In this document: piece after piece, positions 18,133-28,797 of the stretch | Layout of the letters: each line of letters starts with the position of its first letter | Position numbering within the stretch: position 1 is the stretch's first letter | Assembly (NCBI GenBank): GCA_965214705.1 | Contig: CBDCCI010000002.1 | Coordinates: forward strand, 2,208,001-2,272,000 | DNA from: Alphaproteobacteria bacterium | Lineage (GTDB): Bacteria; Pseudomonadota; Alphaproteobacteria; UBA828 | Length of the DNA: 64,000 bases | Direction of reading: 5' to 3' | Translations under genes and position numbers: made by a program | Notes under the pieces: model-generated | Seen by the model: the letters and a program-made list of their open reading frames with translations, nothing else | What the model was told of the DNA's origin: nothing | The model's database searches: none

Positions 18133-19344
18133 TCAGATGCAGGGGCGGCGGTCGGTTGCGATCAGGCCCGCCACGAGGCCGAGGCCGGCGCCCGAGACCG
18201 CGAGCATCACCCACCAGGAGGCAGCCCAACTGCCGAGACCCTCGACCGCAGCGGCCATCACCGGAGGGCCGAGCAGGCTGCCGATCGCCGCACCCTGCAC
18301 CACGAAGCCGCTCGCCATGGCGACGAAGGCGGCGCGCGGCGCATGGGCAGCGGCACCCGCGATCGCCGCCGCCGGCAGCAGGCCGCCGACGCCGCTGAAC
18401 ACGAAGGCCAGCACGATCTTGAGATCGCCAGGCGTGCCGGAGAGAAAGACCCCGGCGGAAGAGCCGCCCATGGCGCAGTAGGCGATCCCGATCAGCAGCC
18501 AGCGCGGCACCCGCCGGTGCATCAGCCAAGCGGCGGCGAAGTTGCCGAGGGCGTTGGCCGCCACCACCATGGCGCCCCAGATCGCCGCGCCGGCCGCGCT
18601 GCGCCCCTGCGTCTCGATCAGGAAGGTGGGCAGCCAAGCCGTGATGGCGAACCACTGCAGCGTGTAGAAGGCGAACGAGAGGCCGAAGAGCCAGAGCGCA
18701 GCCCGTGCCAGGGTCTCCCCCACGCCGCGCCAATCCAGCGCCTGGGCGTCGAAAGCGACCGGCCAGCGCCTGGGGTGCAGGCTCCAGCCGAGCGCTGCCA
18801 TGAAGAGCGCGACCAGCGCCGCGCTCACCAGCCAGAAGCCCCGCCAGCCGATGGCATCGAGCAGCGCCGGCGCGATGAGCATGGCGATTGCCATGCCGAG
18901 CGGCATGTAGGCGCCCCAGATGCCGAAGGCGAGGCCGTAGTCGCGGGGCCGCGCCGCCGAGGCGATCAGCTTGGGCGCGGTCACCGTGACGCCCACGAAC
19001 CCAAAACCCTCGATGAAGCGCGCGACCAGCAGCCAGGCGCTGCCGCTCACCAGCCCGCCCATCAGGCTGCCCGCACCGAGGAAGGCCACACCCGCCAGCA
19101 TCAGCCGGCGCGGGCCGGCGCGGTCGGAGAGCAGCCCGACCGCGACGCCGACGGCGGCGCCGATCGCATAGTAGATCGAGGTGAGCCAGCCTGCGGTGAC
19201 GAGATCGAGACCCAGGGTCTCGCGCAGCACCGGCAGGGCCGGCGGCACCTTGCCGACCTGAAAGCCGGCGAGGATGCCGGCGCCCAGGGCCATCAGCACG
19301 ATGTCCCATCGGGTCACCGTCGCGTGTGCTGGTTCCTGACTCAT
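18133..19344 (-). CDS. MFS transporter
   Basis: About 12 hydrophobic segments; GLLSDRAGPRR motif A; RFIEGFG. Confidence 0.9.
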   Translation of the reverse strand: MSQEPAHATVTRWDIVLMALGAGILAGFQVGKVPPALPVLRETLGLDLVTAGWLTSIYYAIGAAVGVAVGLLSDRAGPRRLMLAGVAFLGAGSLMGGLVSGSAWLLVARFIEGFGFVGVTVTAPKLIASAARPRDYGLAFGIWGAYMPLGMAIAMLIAPALLDAIGWRGFWLVSAALVALFMAALGWSLHPRRWPVAFDAQALDWRGVGETLARAALWLFGLSFAFYTLQWFAITAWLPTFLIETQGRSAAGAAIWGAMVVAANALGNFAAAWLMHRRVPRWLLIGIAYCAMGGSSAGVFLSGTPGDLKIVLAFVFSGVGGLLPAAAIAGAAAHAPRAAFVAMASGFVVQGAAIGSLLGPPVMAAAVEGLGSWAASWWVMLAVSGAGLGLVAGLIATDRRPCI

Positions 19345-19362
19345 GACGGTGGCGGCGCGTCG

Positions 19363-20517
19363 TCACCCCGTCGTCGCGTCCCGCACCGCGCGTGCGATAC
19401 GCATGGCCGTCGCATCGCCGAGGTCAGCATGCATCGGCAGGCACAGCACCTGCCGGCTCAGGCGCTCACTCACCGGCAGCGAGCTGGGGCCCTCGCCGTA
19501 ATCACGATAGGCCGGTTGCAGGTGCATCGGCACCGGGTAGTGGATTGCGGTCGGGATCCCCTGCTCCGCCAGCGCCGCCTGAACCGCATCGCGCGCTTCC
19601 AGCCGGACGGTGTACTGCGCCCAGGTCGAGCGCCGCCCCGGCAGTCGTCCCGGCAGCCCGACCGCCCCAGCCAGCACAGAATCGTATGCTCTAGCGACCC
19701 GTTCCCGCGCGTCGATCTCGGCATCGAAGGCGGCGAGCTTGACCAGAAGCACCGCCGCCTGAAGGGTATCGAGGCGGCTGTTGAGGCCGACCCGAACGAT
19801 GTCGTACTTGCCCTCGCCCTGGCCGTGTTGGCGGATCGAGCGCCAGCGCGCCGCCCGCGCCGCATCGTCGGTGAAGAGCGCGCCGCCATCGCCATAGCCG
19901 CCGAGGGGCTTGGCCGGATAGAAGCTGGTGGTGGTGGCCGGGGCCAGCGCGCCCACCGGCCGGCCACCGCTCGCTCCCCCAAAGCTTTGGGCCGCGTCGT
20001 CGATCAGCAGCAGGCCCCGCTCGGCGGTGAGCGGCGCGAGCGCGTCGTAGTCCGCCGCCTGGCCGAACAGGTCCGCCGCGATCACCGCCCTGGGCGCGAG
20101 CCGACCCTCCGCCGCCACGCGGTCGATGCGCGCCGCAAGGTCGGCGGGGTCCATCATGCAGCTCTCCTCCGCCACGTCGACGAAGATCGGCGTCGCTCCT
20201 ACCAGGGCCACCACGCCCGCCGTCGCGGGAAAGGTGAAACCGGGGACGAAGACCGCATCGCCCGGCCCGATGCCCTCAGCCATCAACGCGATCTGGAGGG
20301 CGTCGGTGCCGCTCGCGCAGGTGACCGCGTGGGCGACGCCGGCGCGCGCGGCGAGCGCCGTTTCCAGCTCCGCCACCGCCGGGCCCAGGACGAAACGGCC
20401 GTCTTCGAGCACCCGCGCGATGGCGGCGTCGATATCGGCCTTGAGGCGCCGGTACTGCGCATCCAGGTCGATGAAGGCGATGGGGTCGCGACTGGCATCG
20501 TGATCGGCGGGTAACAT
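19363..20517 (-). CDS. DegT/DnrJ/EryC1/StrS sugar aminotransferase (WbpE-like)
   Basis: FIDL.AQY, SGTDAL, DAAQSFG, SFYPAKPLG.YGDGG (PLP Lys), G.NSRLDTLQAA. Confidence 0.92.
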   Translation of the reverse strand: MLPADHDASRDPIAFIDLDAQYRRLKADIDAAIARVLEDGRFVLGPAVAELETALAARAGVAHAVTCASGTDALQIALMAEGIGPGDAVFVPGFTFPATAGVVALVGATPIFVDVAEESCMMDPADLAARIDRVAAEGRLAPRAVIAADLFGQAADYDALAPLTAERGLLLIDDAAQSFGGASGGRPVGALAPATTTSFYPAKPLGGYGDGGALFTDDAARAARWRSIRQHGQGEGKYDIVRVGLNSRLDTLQAAVLLVKLAAFDAEIDARERVARAYDSVLAGAVGLPGRLPGRRSTWAQYTVRLEARDAVQAALAEQGIPTAIHYPVPMHLQPAYRDYGEGPSSLPVSERLSRQVLCLPMHADLGDATAMRIARAVRDATTG

Positions 20518-20691
20518 GCGGCTCCGTCTTTGTCGGTCGTGTCGGGAGACGCCGCGGCGGTCGCAGCCTCGGCATCGTGGGCGGTGCGCCGGTGCGCGTC
20601 GCACTCCCAATGAGGGCAGGGTTCAGGGCGCCGCATTGCATCGGCACCGGCTTGTCGTTACCCTTTTATATCACCGCGATACGTCAGGTTC

Positions 20692-22389
20692 ATGGACGAA
20701 CGGGCGGCGAACCGGCGATTTCTCATGGCGGCGAGACTACCCATCGGCAGCGCCGAGGCGCAGAGCGAGCCGGCCTCCAAGGCCGGGCGTCTGCGCGCCC
20801 TGCTGCAGGCCCCTGCGCTCTCCTTCATCATGGAGGCGCATAACGGCCTCTCCGCCAAGATCGTGGAAGAGGCCGGATTCGAGGGCATCTGGGCCTCGGG
20901 CCTCTCCATGTCCGCAGCGCTCGGCGTGCGCGACAACAACGAGGCCTCCTGGACCCAGGTCCTGGAGGTGCTGGAGTTCATGGCCGACGCCACCACGATC
21001 CCCATCCTGGTGGACGGCGACACCGGCTACGGCAACTTCAACAACGTCCGCCGCCTGGTGCGGAAGCTCTGCCAGCGCGGCATCGGCGGGGTCTGCATCG
21101 AGGACAAGCTGTTCCCCAAGACCAACTCCTTCATCGGTGAGAACCAGCCGCTGGCGGATGTCGAGGAATTCTGCGGCCGCATCAAGGCGGGCAAGGACAG
21201 CCAGAGCGACGACGACTTCCAGCTCGTCGCCCGCGTCGAGGCGCTGATCGCCGGCTGGGGCATGGAGGAGGCGCTGCGCCGCGCCGAGGCCTACCATGAG
21301 GCCGGCGCCGACGCGGTGCTGATCCACTCCAAGAAGGCGACTGCCGACGAGATCACCGGCTTCTGCGAATCCTGGGGCGGCCGTGCGCCGGTGGTGATCG
21401 TGCCGACCATGTATCACCGCACGCCGACGCAGACCTTCCGCGACGCCGGCGTCTCCATGGTGATCTGGGCGAACCACAACATGCGGGCCGCGGTGTCCGC
21501 CATGCGCTCGGTGTGTCAGGCCATCAAGGAGAGCGAATCGCTCGTCGCCGTCGAGGAAGAGATCGCGCCGGTGCGGGAGGTGTTCGCGCTCACCGGCCAG
21601 GAGGAGCTTGCCGCGGCCGAGGCCCGTTACCTCGCCGCCGCCGGCGGCCCCCGCGCCATCCTGCTCGCGGCCTCGCGCGGCGAGGAGCTCGGCCCGCTCA
21701 CCGAGCGGCGCCCGAAGTGCATGATCGACGTGCGCGGCGAGCCCCTGCTTCAACGCCTGGTCCGAACGCTGACCGGGAGCGGCCTGCGCGACGTGACCGT
21801 GGTGCGCGGCTACCGCAAGGAGGCGATCGATCTCGCCGGCATCGAGTCGGTGGACAACGACCGCTACGACGAGACCGGCGAGGCCGCCTCCCTCGCCTGC
21901 GCCCACAACCGGCTTTACGGGCCGTGCCTGGTCTCCTACGGCGACATCCTGTTTCGCCGGCACGTGCTTGACGGGCTTCTCGCCGCCGAAGGCGACATCG
22001 TGACGGTGGTCGATGCCCGGCGGCGCAGCGACAGTGCCCGCTCACCCGACCGCGCGGTCGACTGGGTGCGCTGCTCGCGCCCCTTCACCGGCAGCTACCT
22101 CGACGACGAGCGCGTGACGCTGGAGGCGATCGGGAGCGATGCGGCGGAGCCTGAGTCCGCCCACGGCGAGTTCATCGGCCTCACCAAGCTGAGCGAGCAC
22201 GGCGCCACCCTGGTGCGGGGCGCGCTGGATGCCATGAGCAAGGACGGCAGCCTCGATTCCGCCGACCTGCCGGAGCTCCTGGCCCGCCTCGTCGCCCAGG
22301 GCGCGGCCATCGACGTGCTCTACGTCACCGGCCACTGGCTCGACGTGGACGACGCCTTCGACCTCGCGTCCCTGCGCAACCTAGTCTAG
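20692..22389 (+). CDS. pepM: Phosphoenolpyruvate mutase fused to a C-terminal NTP-transferase (PntC-like) domain
   Basis: [16 protein letters not shown], diagnostic [10 protein letters not shown] motif, IWANH; C-terminal [29 protein letters not shown]. True start may be 20725. Confidence 0.93.
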   Translation: MDERAANRRFLMAARLPIGSAEAQSEPASKAGRLRALLQAPALSFIMEAHNGLSAKIVEEAGFEGIWASGLSMSAALGVRDNNEASWTQVLEVLEFMADATTIPILVDGDTGYGNFNNVRRLVRKLCQRGIGGVCIEDKLFPKTNSFIGENQPLADVEEFCGRIKAGKDSQSDDDFQLVARVEALIAGWGMEEALRRAEAYHEAGADAVLIHSKKATADEITGFCESWGGRAPVVIVPTMYHRTPTQTFRDAGVSMVIWANHNMRAAVSAMRSVCQAIKESESLVAVEEEIAPVREVFALTGQEELAAAEARYLAAAGGPRAILLAASRGEELGPLTERRPKCMIDVRGEPLLQRLVRTLTGSGLRDVTVVRGYRKEAIDLAGIESVDNDRYDETGEAASLACAHNRLYGPCLVSYGDILFRRHVLDGLLAAEGDIVTVVDARRRSDSARSPDRAVDWVRCSRPFTGSYLDDERVTLEAIGSDAAEPESAHGEFIGLTKLSEHGATLVRGALDAMSKDGSLDSADLPELLARLVAQGAAIDVLYVTGHWLDVDDAFDLASLRNLV

Positions 22390-22490
22390 CGGCTCTTCTA
22401 CCCTCCCCAGGCCCGTAGCCCATCGAGACGCCGGGCCTGCAGGTGTTCACGAGGGTTGCGCCGCGCGCCGATACCGGAGAAAGAAGGGCC

Positions 22491-23327
22491 ATGCCCAAAG
22501 TGCTGACAGAGTCTGCGGTCGCGCAGTACGGACGGGACGGCTATTGCGCGCCGTTCGGCCTGCTCGAGCCGGAGGAAGCGGCCGCGATGCGCGGCGCGCT
22601 GGAGCGGTTGGAGGCGGAACGCGGAGGGCCTCGCAAGGACGCATTTCGCATCAAGGGCCACCTGCTCCTGCGCTGGATGACGGACTTGGTCCGCAATCCC
22701 CGCCTGCTCGATGCGGTGGAGGACCTCATCGGCCCCGACATCCTGTGCTGGACCAGCCAGTGGTGGATCAAGGAGCCGCGCTCGCCCCAGTACGTCTCCT
22801 GGCATCAGGACAGCAACTACTGGGGCCTGGATACGGACCACCTGGTCAGCGCCTGGATCGCCCTCTCGCCGGCGACGGTGGCGAGCGGCTGCATGCGCTT
22901 CATGCCCGGCAGCCACCGCGGCCCCAGGCTGCCGCACCGCGAGACCTGGCACGACGACAACATGCTCTCCCGCGGCCAGGAGATCAGCGCGGGGATCGAC
23001 GAAGCCCGTGCCGTCAACATGGAAGTCGCCACCGGTGAGGCGGCGCTCTTCTCGTACCGCCTCGCGCATGCCTCTCACCCCAATCGCAGCGACGACCGAC
23101 GCATTGGCATCGCCATTCGCTACATGCCGCCCGACACGCGTCAGACCCTGGCCGACTGGGACAGCGCGACCCTGGTCAGAGGCGAGGATCGGTTCGGCTA
23201 CTTCGAGCACGAGCCGACGCCGGCCTGCGACTTCGATCCGGTCGCGGTCGCGTGCCACAAGCGCACGGAACTCAATCACCGCCGTATCGTCTACCACGGC
23301 TCGGTCCGGACGGAGCACCGTATCTAG
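22491..23327 (+). CDS. Phytanoyl-CoA dioxygenase (PhyH)-family Fe(II)/2-oxoglutarate dioxygenase
   Basis: Y.RDGY, L.GPDI, IKEP...WHQD (HxD), W.AL...T...GCM..PGSH, distal H.S.PN.S...RIG...RY. Confidence 0.88.
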   Translation: MPKVLTESAVAQYGRDGYCAPFGLLEPEEAAAMRGALERLEAERGGPRKDAFRIKGHLLLRWMTDLVRNPRLLDAVEDLIGPDILCWTSQWWIKEPRSPQYVSWHQDSNYWGLDTDHLVSAWIALSPATVASGCMRFMPGSHRGPRLPHRETWHDDNMLSRGQEISAGIDEARAVNMEVATGEAALFSYRLAHASHPNRSDDRRIGIAIRYMPPDTRQTLADWDSATLVRGEDRFGYFEHEPTPACDFDPVAVACHKRTELNHRRIVYHGSVRTEHRI

Positions 23328-23467
23328 CCCGCACGATCCAACGTTAGCCCGCCGAATCCCGGTTCCGGTCAGCGCGCAGCCGGCCTGCCGATGGACGGCA
23401 GCGCGTGAATTTGGCACTCTCGCTGGCGCCCGGCCGAGCCCGCGCCGGGCCTTCGGGAATTGCCGCC

Positions 23468-25315
23468 ATGGAAGACCTGCCCTACTCCGAATCGGACACG
23501 ATCACCGTCGGCGGCGATGCCATGTCGGCCGCAGCGCCGGACTTCGACCCGATGCTGCTCTCGGTGCTCTCCAGCCGCTTCGGCGCGATCCTGCGCGAGA
23601 TGAGCAACGGCGTGCTGCGCGCGAGCAAGTCGGGCGTCATCAAGATCGCGCGCGACATGTCCTGCGCCATCCTCACCTACGACCACCGGCTGGTCTGCAT
23701 CGAGGAGTGTATCCCCGTGCACGCGGCAGCCATCGACCTCACCACCCGGCCGCTCACCGAGCTCTTCGACGACATCGAGGAGGGCGACGCCTTCCTCAAC
23801 AACTGCCCGTACACCGGCGTCACCCACCACGCGGACCTCACGCTCTGCGTGCCCGTCTTCTTCGACGGCAAGCCACTCTTCTGGACCGTCTCGCGCGCCC
23901 ACCACGCCGATGTCGGCGCGCCGATCCCGTCCACCTACCTGCCCTACGCCAAGACCATCTTCGAGGAAGGCCTGCACTTCCCCGGCGTGCGGGTGGAGCG
24001 GGGCTACAAGGAAATCCGCGACATCATCCGCATGGCCAAGATCAAGGTGCGGGTGCCCGACCTCTGGTACGGCGACTATCTGGCGCAGGTGGGCGCCTGC
24101 CGCACCGCCGAGCGCCGGATCAAGGAGCTGGTGGAGAAGTACGGGCCGGAGACCATCGCCGCGTTCGTCGAGGCCTGGATGGCCTACGGCGAGCGCCGCG
24201 CCGCCGCCGCCATCCGGACGCTGCCGGCGGGCACCTGGTCCTACGAGAACCGGCACGACCCACTGCCGGGCGTCGCCGACGAGGGCATTCCGGTCCGGGC
24301 GCAGGTGACGGTCGACCCCGACGCGGCGACAATCACGGTGGACGTGCGCGACAATATCGATTGCATCCCCGGCGGGCTGAACCTGAGCGAGACCTGCTCC
24401 ATCGCCGCCTGCCGCGCCGGCGTCTTCTACAACATCGACCACACCATCCCGCACAACGAGGGCAGCGCGCGGCGCATCCGGGTGCTGCTGCGCGATGGCT
24501 GCATCGTCGGCCGGCCGCGCTATCCGGTCGGCACCTCGGTCGCCACCACCAACGTCACCGACCGGCTGGTCAACGCGGTCTCCTGCTGCTTCGCCCAGAT
24601 CGGGCCGACGCACGGCATGGCCGAGGGCGGCTACCAACAGGCCCTGGGTCTCGCCGTGATCTCGGGCGAAGATCCGCGCCGCGACGGCCAGACCTACGTC
24701 AACCAGATGTTCATCGGCTTCGGCGGCGGGCCGGGGCTGCCGGGGCACGACGGCTGGGTTACCTTCGGCGGCCCGGTTGATGGCGGCATGCAGATCCTCT
24801 CCCCCACCGAGGTGGACGAGAGCATGTTCCCCATCCACTTCGAGTGCCGGGAGCTCGCCATCGACACCTTGGGCCACGGCGAGTGGGACGGCGCGCCCGG
24901 CACGCTCGCCGTCTACGGCCCCGTCGCGGGCGAGATGACCGCGGTCTATTGCAGCGACGGCGACACCTACCCGTCCAAGGGCGTGCGCGGCGGCAGCGAC
25001 GGCACGCCCTCGGTCAACCAGAAGCGCGGCGCCGATGGCGCCCTCGTCACCCTCCCCTCCTTCCACGAGGAGCGCTGCGCGCCCGGCGAGATGTTCCGCT
25101 TCGTCACCACCGCCGGCGGCGGCTACGGCGATCCCGCCCGGCGCGATCCGGCGGCGGTCGCGCGCGCGGTGGACAACGGCTGGCTCAGCCCGGAGAAGGC
25201 GGAGGATGTCTACGCCGTCTCGCTCGGCCTCGCCGCCGACGGCATCCGGCACGAGGTGGACCCGGGCGAGACCGCGCGGCTGCGGCAGGCGCGCAACGGC
25301 GGGGCCGAGACCTAG
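23468..25315 (+). CDS. Hydantoinase B / oxoprolinase family subunit
   Basis: EM...LR...S..I..ARD.SC, NNCPY.G.TH..D, H.ADVG, EEG, GGGGYGDP; start may be 23522. Confidence 0.9.
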   Translation: MEDLPYSESDTITVGGDAMSAAAPDFDPMLLSVLSSRFGAILREMSNGVLRASKSGVIKIARDMSCAILTYDHRLVCIEECIPVHAAAIDLTTRPLTELFDDIEEGDAFLNNCPYTGVTHHADLTLCVPVFFDGKPLFWTVSRAHHADVGAPIPSTYLPYAKTIFEEGLHFPGVRVERGYKEIRDIIRMAKIKVRVPDLWYGDYLAQVGACRTAERRIKELVEKYGPETIAAFVEAWMAYGERRAAAAIRTLPAGTWSYENRHDPLPGVADEGIPVRAQVTVDPDAATITVDVRDNIDCIPGGLNLSETCSIAACRAGVFYNIDHTIPHNEGSARRIRVLLRDGCIVGRPRYPVGTSVATTNVTDRLVNAVSCCFAQIGPTHGMAEGGYQQALGLAVISGEDPRRDGQTYVNQMFIGFGGGPGLPGHDGWVTFGGPVDGGMQILSPTEVDESMFPIHFECRELAIDTLGHGEWDGAPGTLAVYGPVAGEMTAVYCSDGDTYPSKGVRGGSDGTPSVNQKRGADGALVTLPSFHEERCAPGEMFRFVTTAGGGYGDPARRDPAAVARAVDNGWLSPEKAEDVYAVSLGLAADGIRHEVDPGETARLRQARNGGAET

Positions 25316-27394
25316 ATGGCCGCTGCGCCCCCGCCCGGCGACTACCGGGTCTGTATCGATATCGGCGGCACCTTTACCGACTGTGTCGTCTCGGACCCGG
25401 ACCAGCGCCTCCGCATCTTCAAGACGCCGTCCACCCCCGCCGCGTTCGAGCAGGGGTTCATGAACGCGCTCGGCCTCGCGGCCGAGGGCTACGGGCTTGG
25501 CCTCTCTGATTTCATGGCGCGGGTGGCGCGCATCGTCCACGGCACCACGGTCTCCACCAACGCGCTGCTGGAGGGTAAGCACGCGAGCGTCGGGCTGATC
25601 TGCACCCACGGCTTTCGCGATATCCTCACGCTGCGCGAAGCGCCCCGCAAGCCGCCGTTCCAGTGGCGCCTCACCTACCCCGAGCCCTTCGTGCCCCGGA
25701 TCCGGACCCGCGGCGTGCGCGGGCGGATCGACGCCACCGGCGCGGAACACACGGCGCTGCAGGAAGACGACGTGCGCGCGGCGGTCGAGGATTTCCGCAA
25801 GCTCGGCGTGGAGGCGGTCGCGGTCTGCCTGCTCTGGTCGGTGGTAAACGGCAGCCACGAGCGGCGCGTGGGCGAGATCGTGCGCGACGCCTGGCCCAAT
25901 GTTCCGGTGACCCTCAGCCACCGGCTCAACCCAATCGCCCGCGAATACCGCCGCGCGGTCTCCGCCGCCATCGACGCCGCGTTGCGCCCGGTGGTGAGCG
26001 CCTACGTCCACGCGCTCGACCGGGGCCTGCGCGAGGGCGGCTACGCCAACGAGCTGATGATCGCGAATTGCCTGGGCGGCATGATGCCGCCGGACGATAT
26101 CGCCGAGCGGCCGATCTACAGCGTCATGTCGGGGCCGACGCTGGCGCCGGTCGCGGCGCGCAAGCTCGCAGACGCGCCCGATCTCGTGGTGGTCGACATG
26201 GGCGGCACCTCGTTCGATGTCTCGGCTGTGCGCGACGGCCAGCTCGTGATCTCGCCCGAGGCGATGCTGACCGAGTTCGACATGCTGGGCATCCCCAAGG
26301 TGGACGTGCGCTCGGTGGGCGCCGGCGGCGGCTCCATCGCCCATGTCGATGCCGGCGGTCTGCTCCGCGTCGGGCCGGAGAGCGCGGGCGCCGACCCCGG
26401 CCCCGCCTGCTACGGCCTCGGCGGCACGCGGCCCACGGTCACCGACGCCGACGTGGTGCTCGGCATCATCGACCCCGAGTACTTCCTCGGCGGCAGGATG
26501 CGCCTCGACAAGCAGGCGGCGGAGCGGGCTGTGGGCACCATCGCCGATGCGCTCGGCATCGAGCTTGCGGCCGCCGCCCGCGCCATCGCCAGCACGGTCG
26601 ATCACACCATGATCGCCGCCATCGAGGACATCACCGTGCAGGAGGGGATCGACCCGCGCGAGAGCTACTTCGTGGCCGGCGGCGGCGCCACCGCCATCCA
26701 CATGGGCCAGATGGCGCGGGTGCTCGGCATCAGGGGCTACATGGTGCCGAAATTCTCCGCAGGGCTCAGCGCCTTCGGCGGCCTCATCTCCGACATCGTG
26801 TGGGAGGAGACCGCGACTCTGGTAACCGACGCCGTGCGCTTCGACGCAGACGGCGTCAACCGGGTGCTGGCCACGCTGGTGAAGCGGGGCCGCGCCTTCC
26901 TCGCCCGCGCAGGCATCGCCGAGGCCGACCAGCGCTTCGAGTACGCCTATCTCGGCCGCTACCAGTACCAGTCATGGGAGATCGAGGTACCGTTCGGAAC
27001 CACGGACGGCGCGCTCGCCGCCGATGACGTGGAAGGGCTCGCCGAGGGCTTCCACCGGATGCACGAGCGCATCTACACCATCAAGAACGAGAACGACCTG
27101 GTCGAGTTCACCACCTGGAAGGTGCGCGCCATTGGCCCGGCCGCCGCGGACCTCGCACCGGCAGAAGGCTCGGGGGCAGTGCAGGCGCCGGAGCCCCACG
27201 GCACGCGCCGGGTTCACCTGCCCGGCCGGGGCGCGCCCGAGGAAGTTCCGGTCTATCGCGGCAACGACCTCACGCCCGGTACGCGGGTCGTAGGCCCCGC
27301 CATCGTCGAGGAAGCCACCACCACCGTCCTCGTGCCCGAGGACGCCAACGCCGTCATCGACGCTCTCGGCAACTACCGCGTGACGCTGAACTGA
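25316..27394 (+). CDS. Hydantoinase A / oxoprolinase family subunit
   Basis: IDIGGTFTD, HGTTVSTN, SGP, DMGGTSFD, SVGAGGGSIA, ADPGPACYG.GG..PTVTDA, GPAIVEE..TT. Confidence 0.92.
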   Translation: MAAAPPPGDYRVCIDIGGTFTDCVVSDPDQRLRIFKTPSTPAAFEQGFMNALGLAAEGYGLGLSDFMARVARIVHGTTVSTNALLEGKHASVGLICTHGFRDILTLREAPRKPPFQWRLTYPEPFVPRIRTRGVRGRIDATGAEHTALQEDDVRAAVEDFRKLGVEAVAVCLLWSVVNGSHERRVGEIVRDAWPNVPVTLSHRLNPIAREYRRAVSAAIDAALRPVVSAYVHALDRGLREGGYANELMIANCLGGMMPPDDIAERPIYSVMSGPTLAPVAARKLADAPDLVVVDMGGTSFDVSAVRDGQLVISPEAMLTEFDMLGIPKVDVRSVGAGGGSIAHVDAGGLLRVGPESAGADPGPACYGLGGTRPTVTDADVVLGIIDPEYFLGGRMRLDKQAAERAVGTIADALGIELAAAARAIASTVDHTMIAAIEDITVQEGIDPRESYFVAGGGATAIHMGQMARVLGIRGYMVPKFSAGLSAFGGLISDIVWEETATLVTDAVRFDADGVNRVLATLVKRGRAFLARAGIAEADQRFEYAYLGRYQYQSWEIEVPFGTTDGALAADDVEGLAEGFHRMHERIYTIKNENDLVEFTTWKVRAIGPAAADLAPAEGSGAVQAPEPHGTRRVHLPGRGAPEEVPVYRGNDLTPGTRVVGPAIVEEATTTVLVPEDANAVIDALGNYRVTLN

Positions 27395-27404
27395 ACGGGT
27401 GAGG

Positions 27405-28235
27405 TCAGGGCTTCCGCCCGATCGCCTCGCCCCAGGCGAACGCAGCGAAGGCGCCGGGCTCCTTCACCCACTCCTCCAGGGATTGACGCCAGGCCTCGAA
27501 CTGCTCCTCGCTCGCGAGACCATGCTTGATGGCCGCTTCCATGGTCGTTGGCGCAAAGAACCAGCCGATGATCAAGCCCCGCAGAAACGCGAGGTCGTCG
27601 GCCGTGTTGTAGGGTTCGAAGGACGCGGTCGCGTGGATGTCCGTGAAACCGGCATCGAAGAGAGCGCGCTTCAGCTCCTTGCCCATCTGCGGGTGGCCGC
27701 CATTGGCCGCAAGCATCTTGAGGAACGTCGACCACCCGCTGATCCCCATTTCGAACGCCGGCTCGAAGAGTGATGAGTCGCCGATCACCTCCCGCGCGGC
27801 GAAGAGTCCGCCGGGCTTCAGCACGCGCTTGACCTCGGCGAGCACCGCCTGCGTGTCGGGGGCATGGTTGAGCAGGGCGTGGCAGTGGGCCACGTCGAAG
27901 GACGCGTCCTCGAAGGGAAGGTCGGTTGCATCGCCCACTTGAAAGACCGCTTTGCCGTGCCCGCCGGCCTTGGCGGCTGCGTTGGCCATCTCGATCTGGG
28001 AGGCCTCCATGTCGATGCCATGCAGCGCGCCGGGCGCGACGGCAGCCGCCAGCCCCACCGAAATCGTGCCAGGGCCGCAGCCGAGGTCGAGCAGGCGCAT
28101 GCCGGGTCTGAGGTATGGCAGCAGATGGGCGGCGCAGTCCGCCGCGTTCCTGCGCTCAAGCATTTTCTGGAATTCGGGGCCGTAGCCCATGGTGTAGGTG
28201 GGCGTGGACGCGCCCCTTGCGTCGTCGCGGCTCAT
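27405..28235 (-). CDS. Class I SAM-dependent methyltransferase (UbiE-like)
   Basis: LLDLGCGPGTI, GDA.DLPFED.SFDV, RVLKPGG. Confidence 0.9.
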   Translation of the reverse strand: MSRDDARGASTPTYTMGYGPEFQKMLERRNAADCAAHLLPYLRPGMRLLDLGCGPGTISVGLAAAVAPGALHGIDMEASQIEMANAAAKAGGHGKAVFQVGDATDLPFEDASFDVAHCHALLNHAPDTQAVLAEVKRVLKPGGLFAAREVIGDSSLFEPAFEMGISGWSTFLKMLAANGGHPQMGKELKRALFDAGFTDIHATASFEPYNTADDLAFLRGLIIGWFFAPTTMEAAIKHGLASEEQFEAWRQSLEEWVKEPGAFAAFAWGEAIGRKP

Positions 28236-28354
28236 CGATGGCTCCCTGTCCGTGACTGTCGGCTTTACGGGCATACGGCGATTGCGCGACGCTGCGCAAG
28301 TGACGTGTCGCGGGTCGACGCGAAGGCGCCGTGACGGCGAAGGGAGAATTTTCC

Positions 28355-28786
28355 GTGGCAAAGACTTTGGAAGGCGCCTGTCATTGCGGCGCGATCGGCG
28401 TCGCGCTTGAGGTCGAGGACGACACCCCCCTCTCCCCGCGCCATTGCGGCTGCAGCTTCTGCCGGAAGCACGGCAGCCTCTACGTCTCGGCGCCGTCCGG
28501 CCGCCTCACGATCACGCTGGCCGAGACCGACCGCGTGAGCCGCTATGCCTTCGGCCACGAGACTGCGACCTTTCTCGTCTGCGGCCGCTGCGGCGTCATC
28601 GCCGCGGCGGTGTGCGAGATGGAGGGGCGCCTCTACTCGGTGCTGAACTCAAACCTGCTGGAGCCGCCGCTCGACGTGGACCGAGCGTCCGTCCCCATCG
28701 CCGACTACGAGGCGGAGGACGTGCCCGGCCGGCTCGCGCGGCGTAAGCAGCGCTGGATCAGCAACGTCACCATCGTCGAACGGTAG
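28355..28786 (+). CDS. GFA / CENP-V family zinc-binding protein
   Basis: G.CHCG, C.CSFCRK, CGRCG; GGAGA RBS before GTG. Confidence 0.88.
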   Translation: MAKTLEGACHCGAIGVALEVEDDTPLSPRHCGCSFCRKHGSLYVSAPSGRLTITLAETDRVSRYAFGHETATFLVCGRCGVIAAAVCEMEGRLYSVLNSNLLEPPLDVDRASVPIADYEAEDVPGRLARRKQRWISNVTIVER

Positions 28787-28797
28787 CCCCGCTGGGA

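Noticed and set aside
23369-26701. 1110-aa minus-strand ORF and similar long overlapping ORFs (e.g. 36015-38738, 18343-20514, 28864-30828, 41176-43005)
   Set aside because: Antisense or off-frame shadows of well-supported genes, expected in high-GC DNA; no recognisable motifs.
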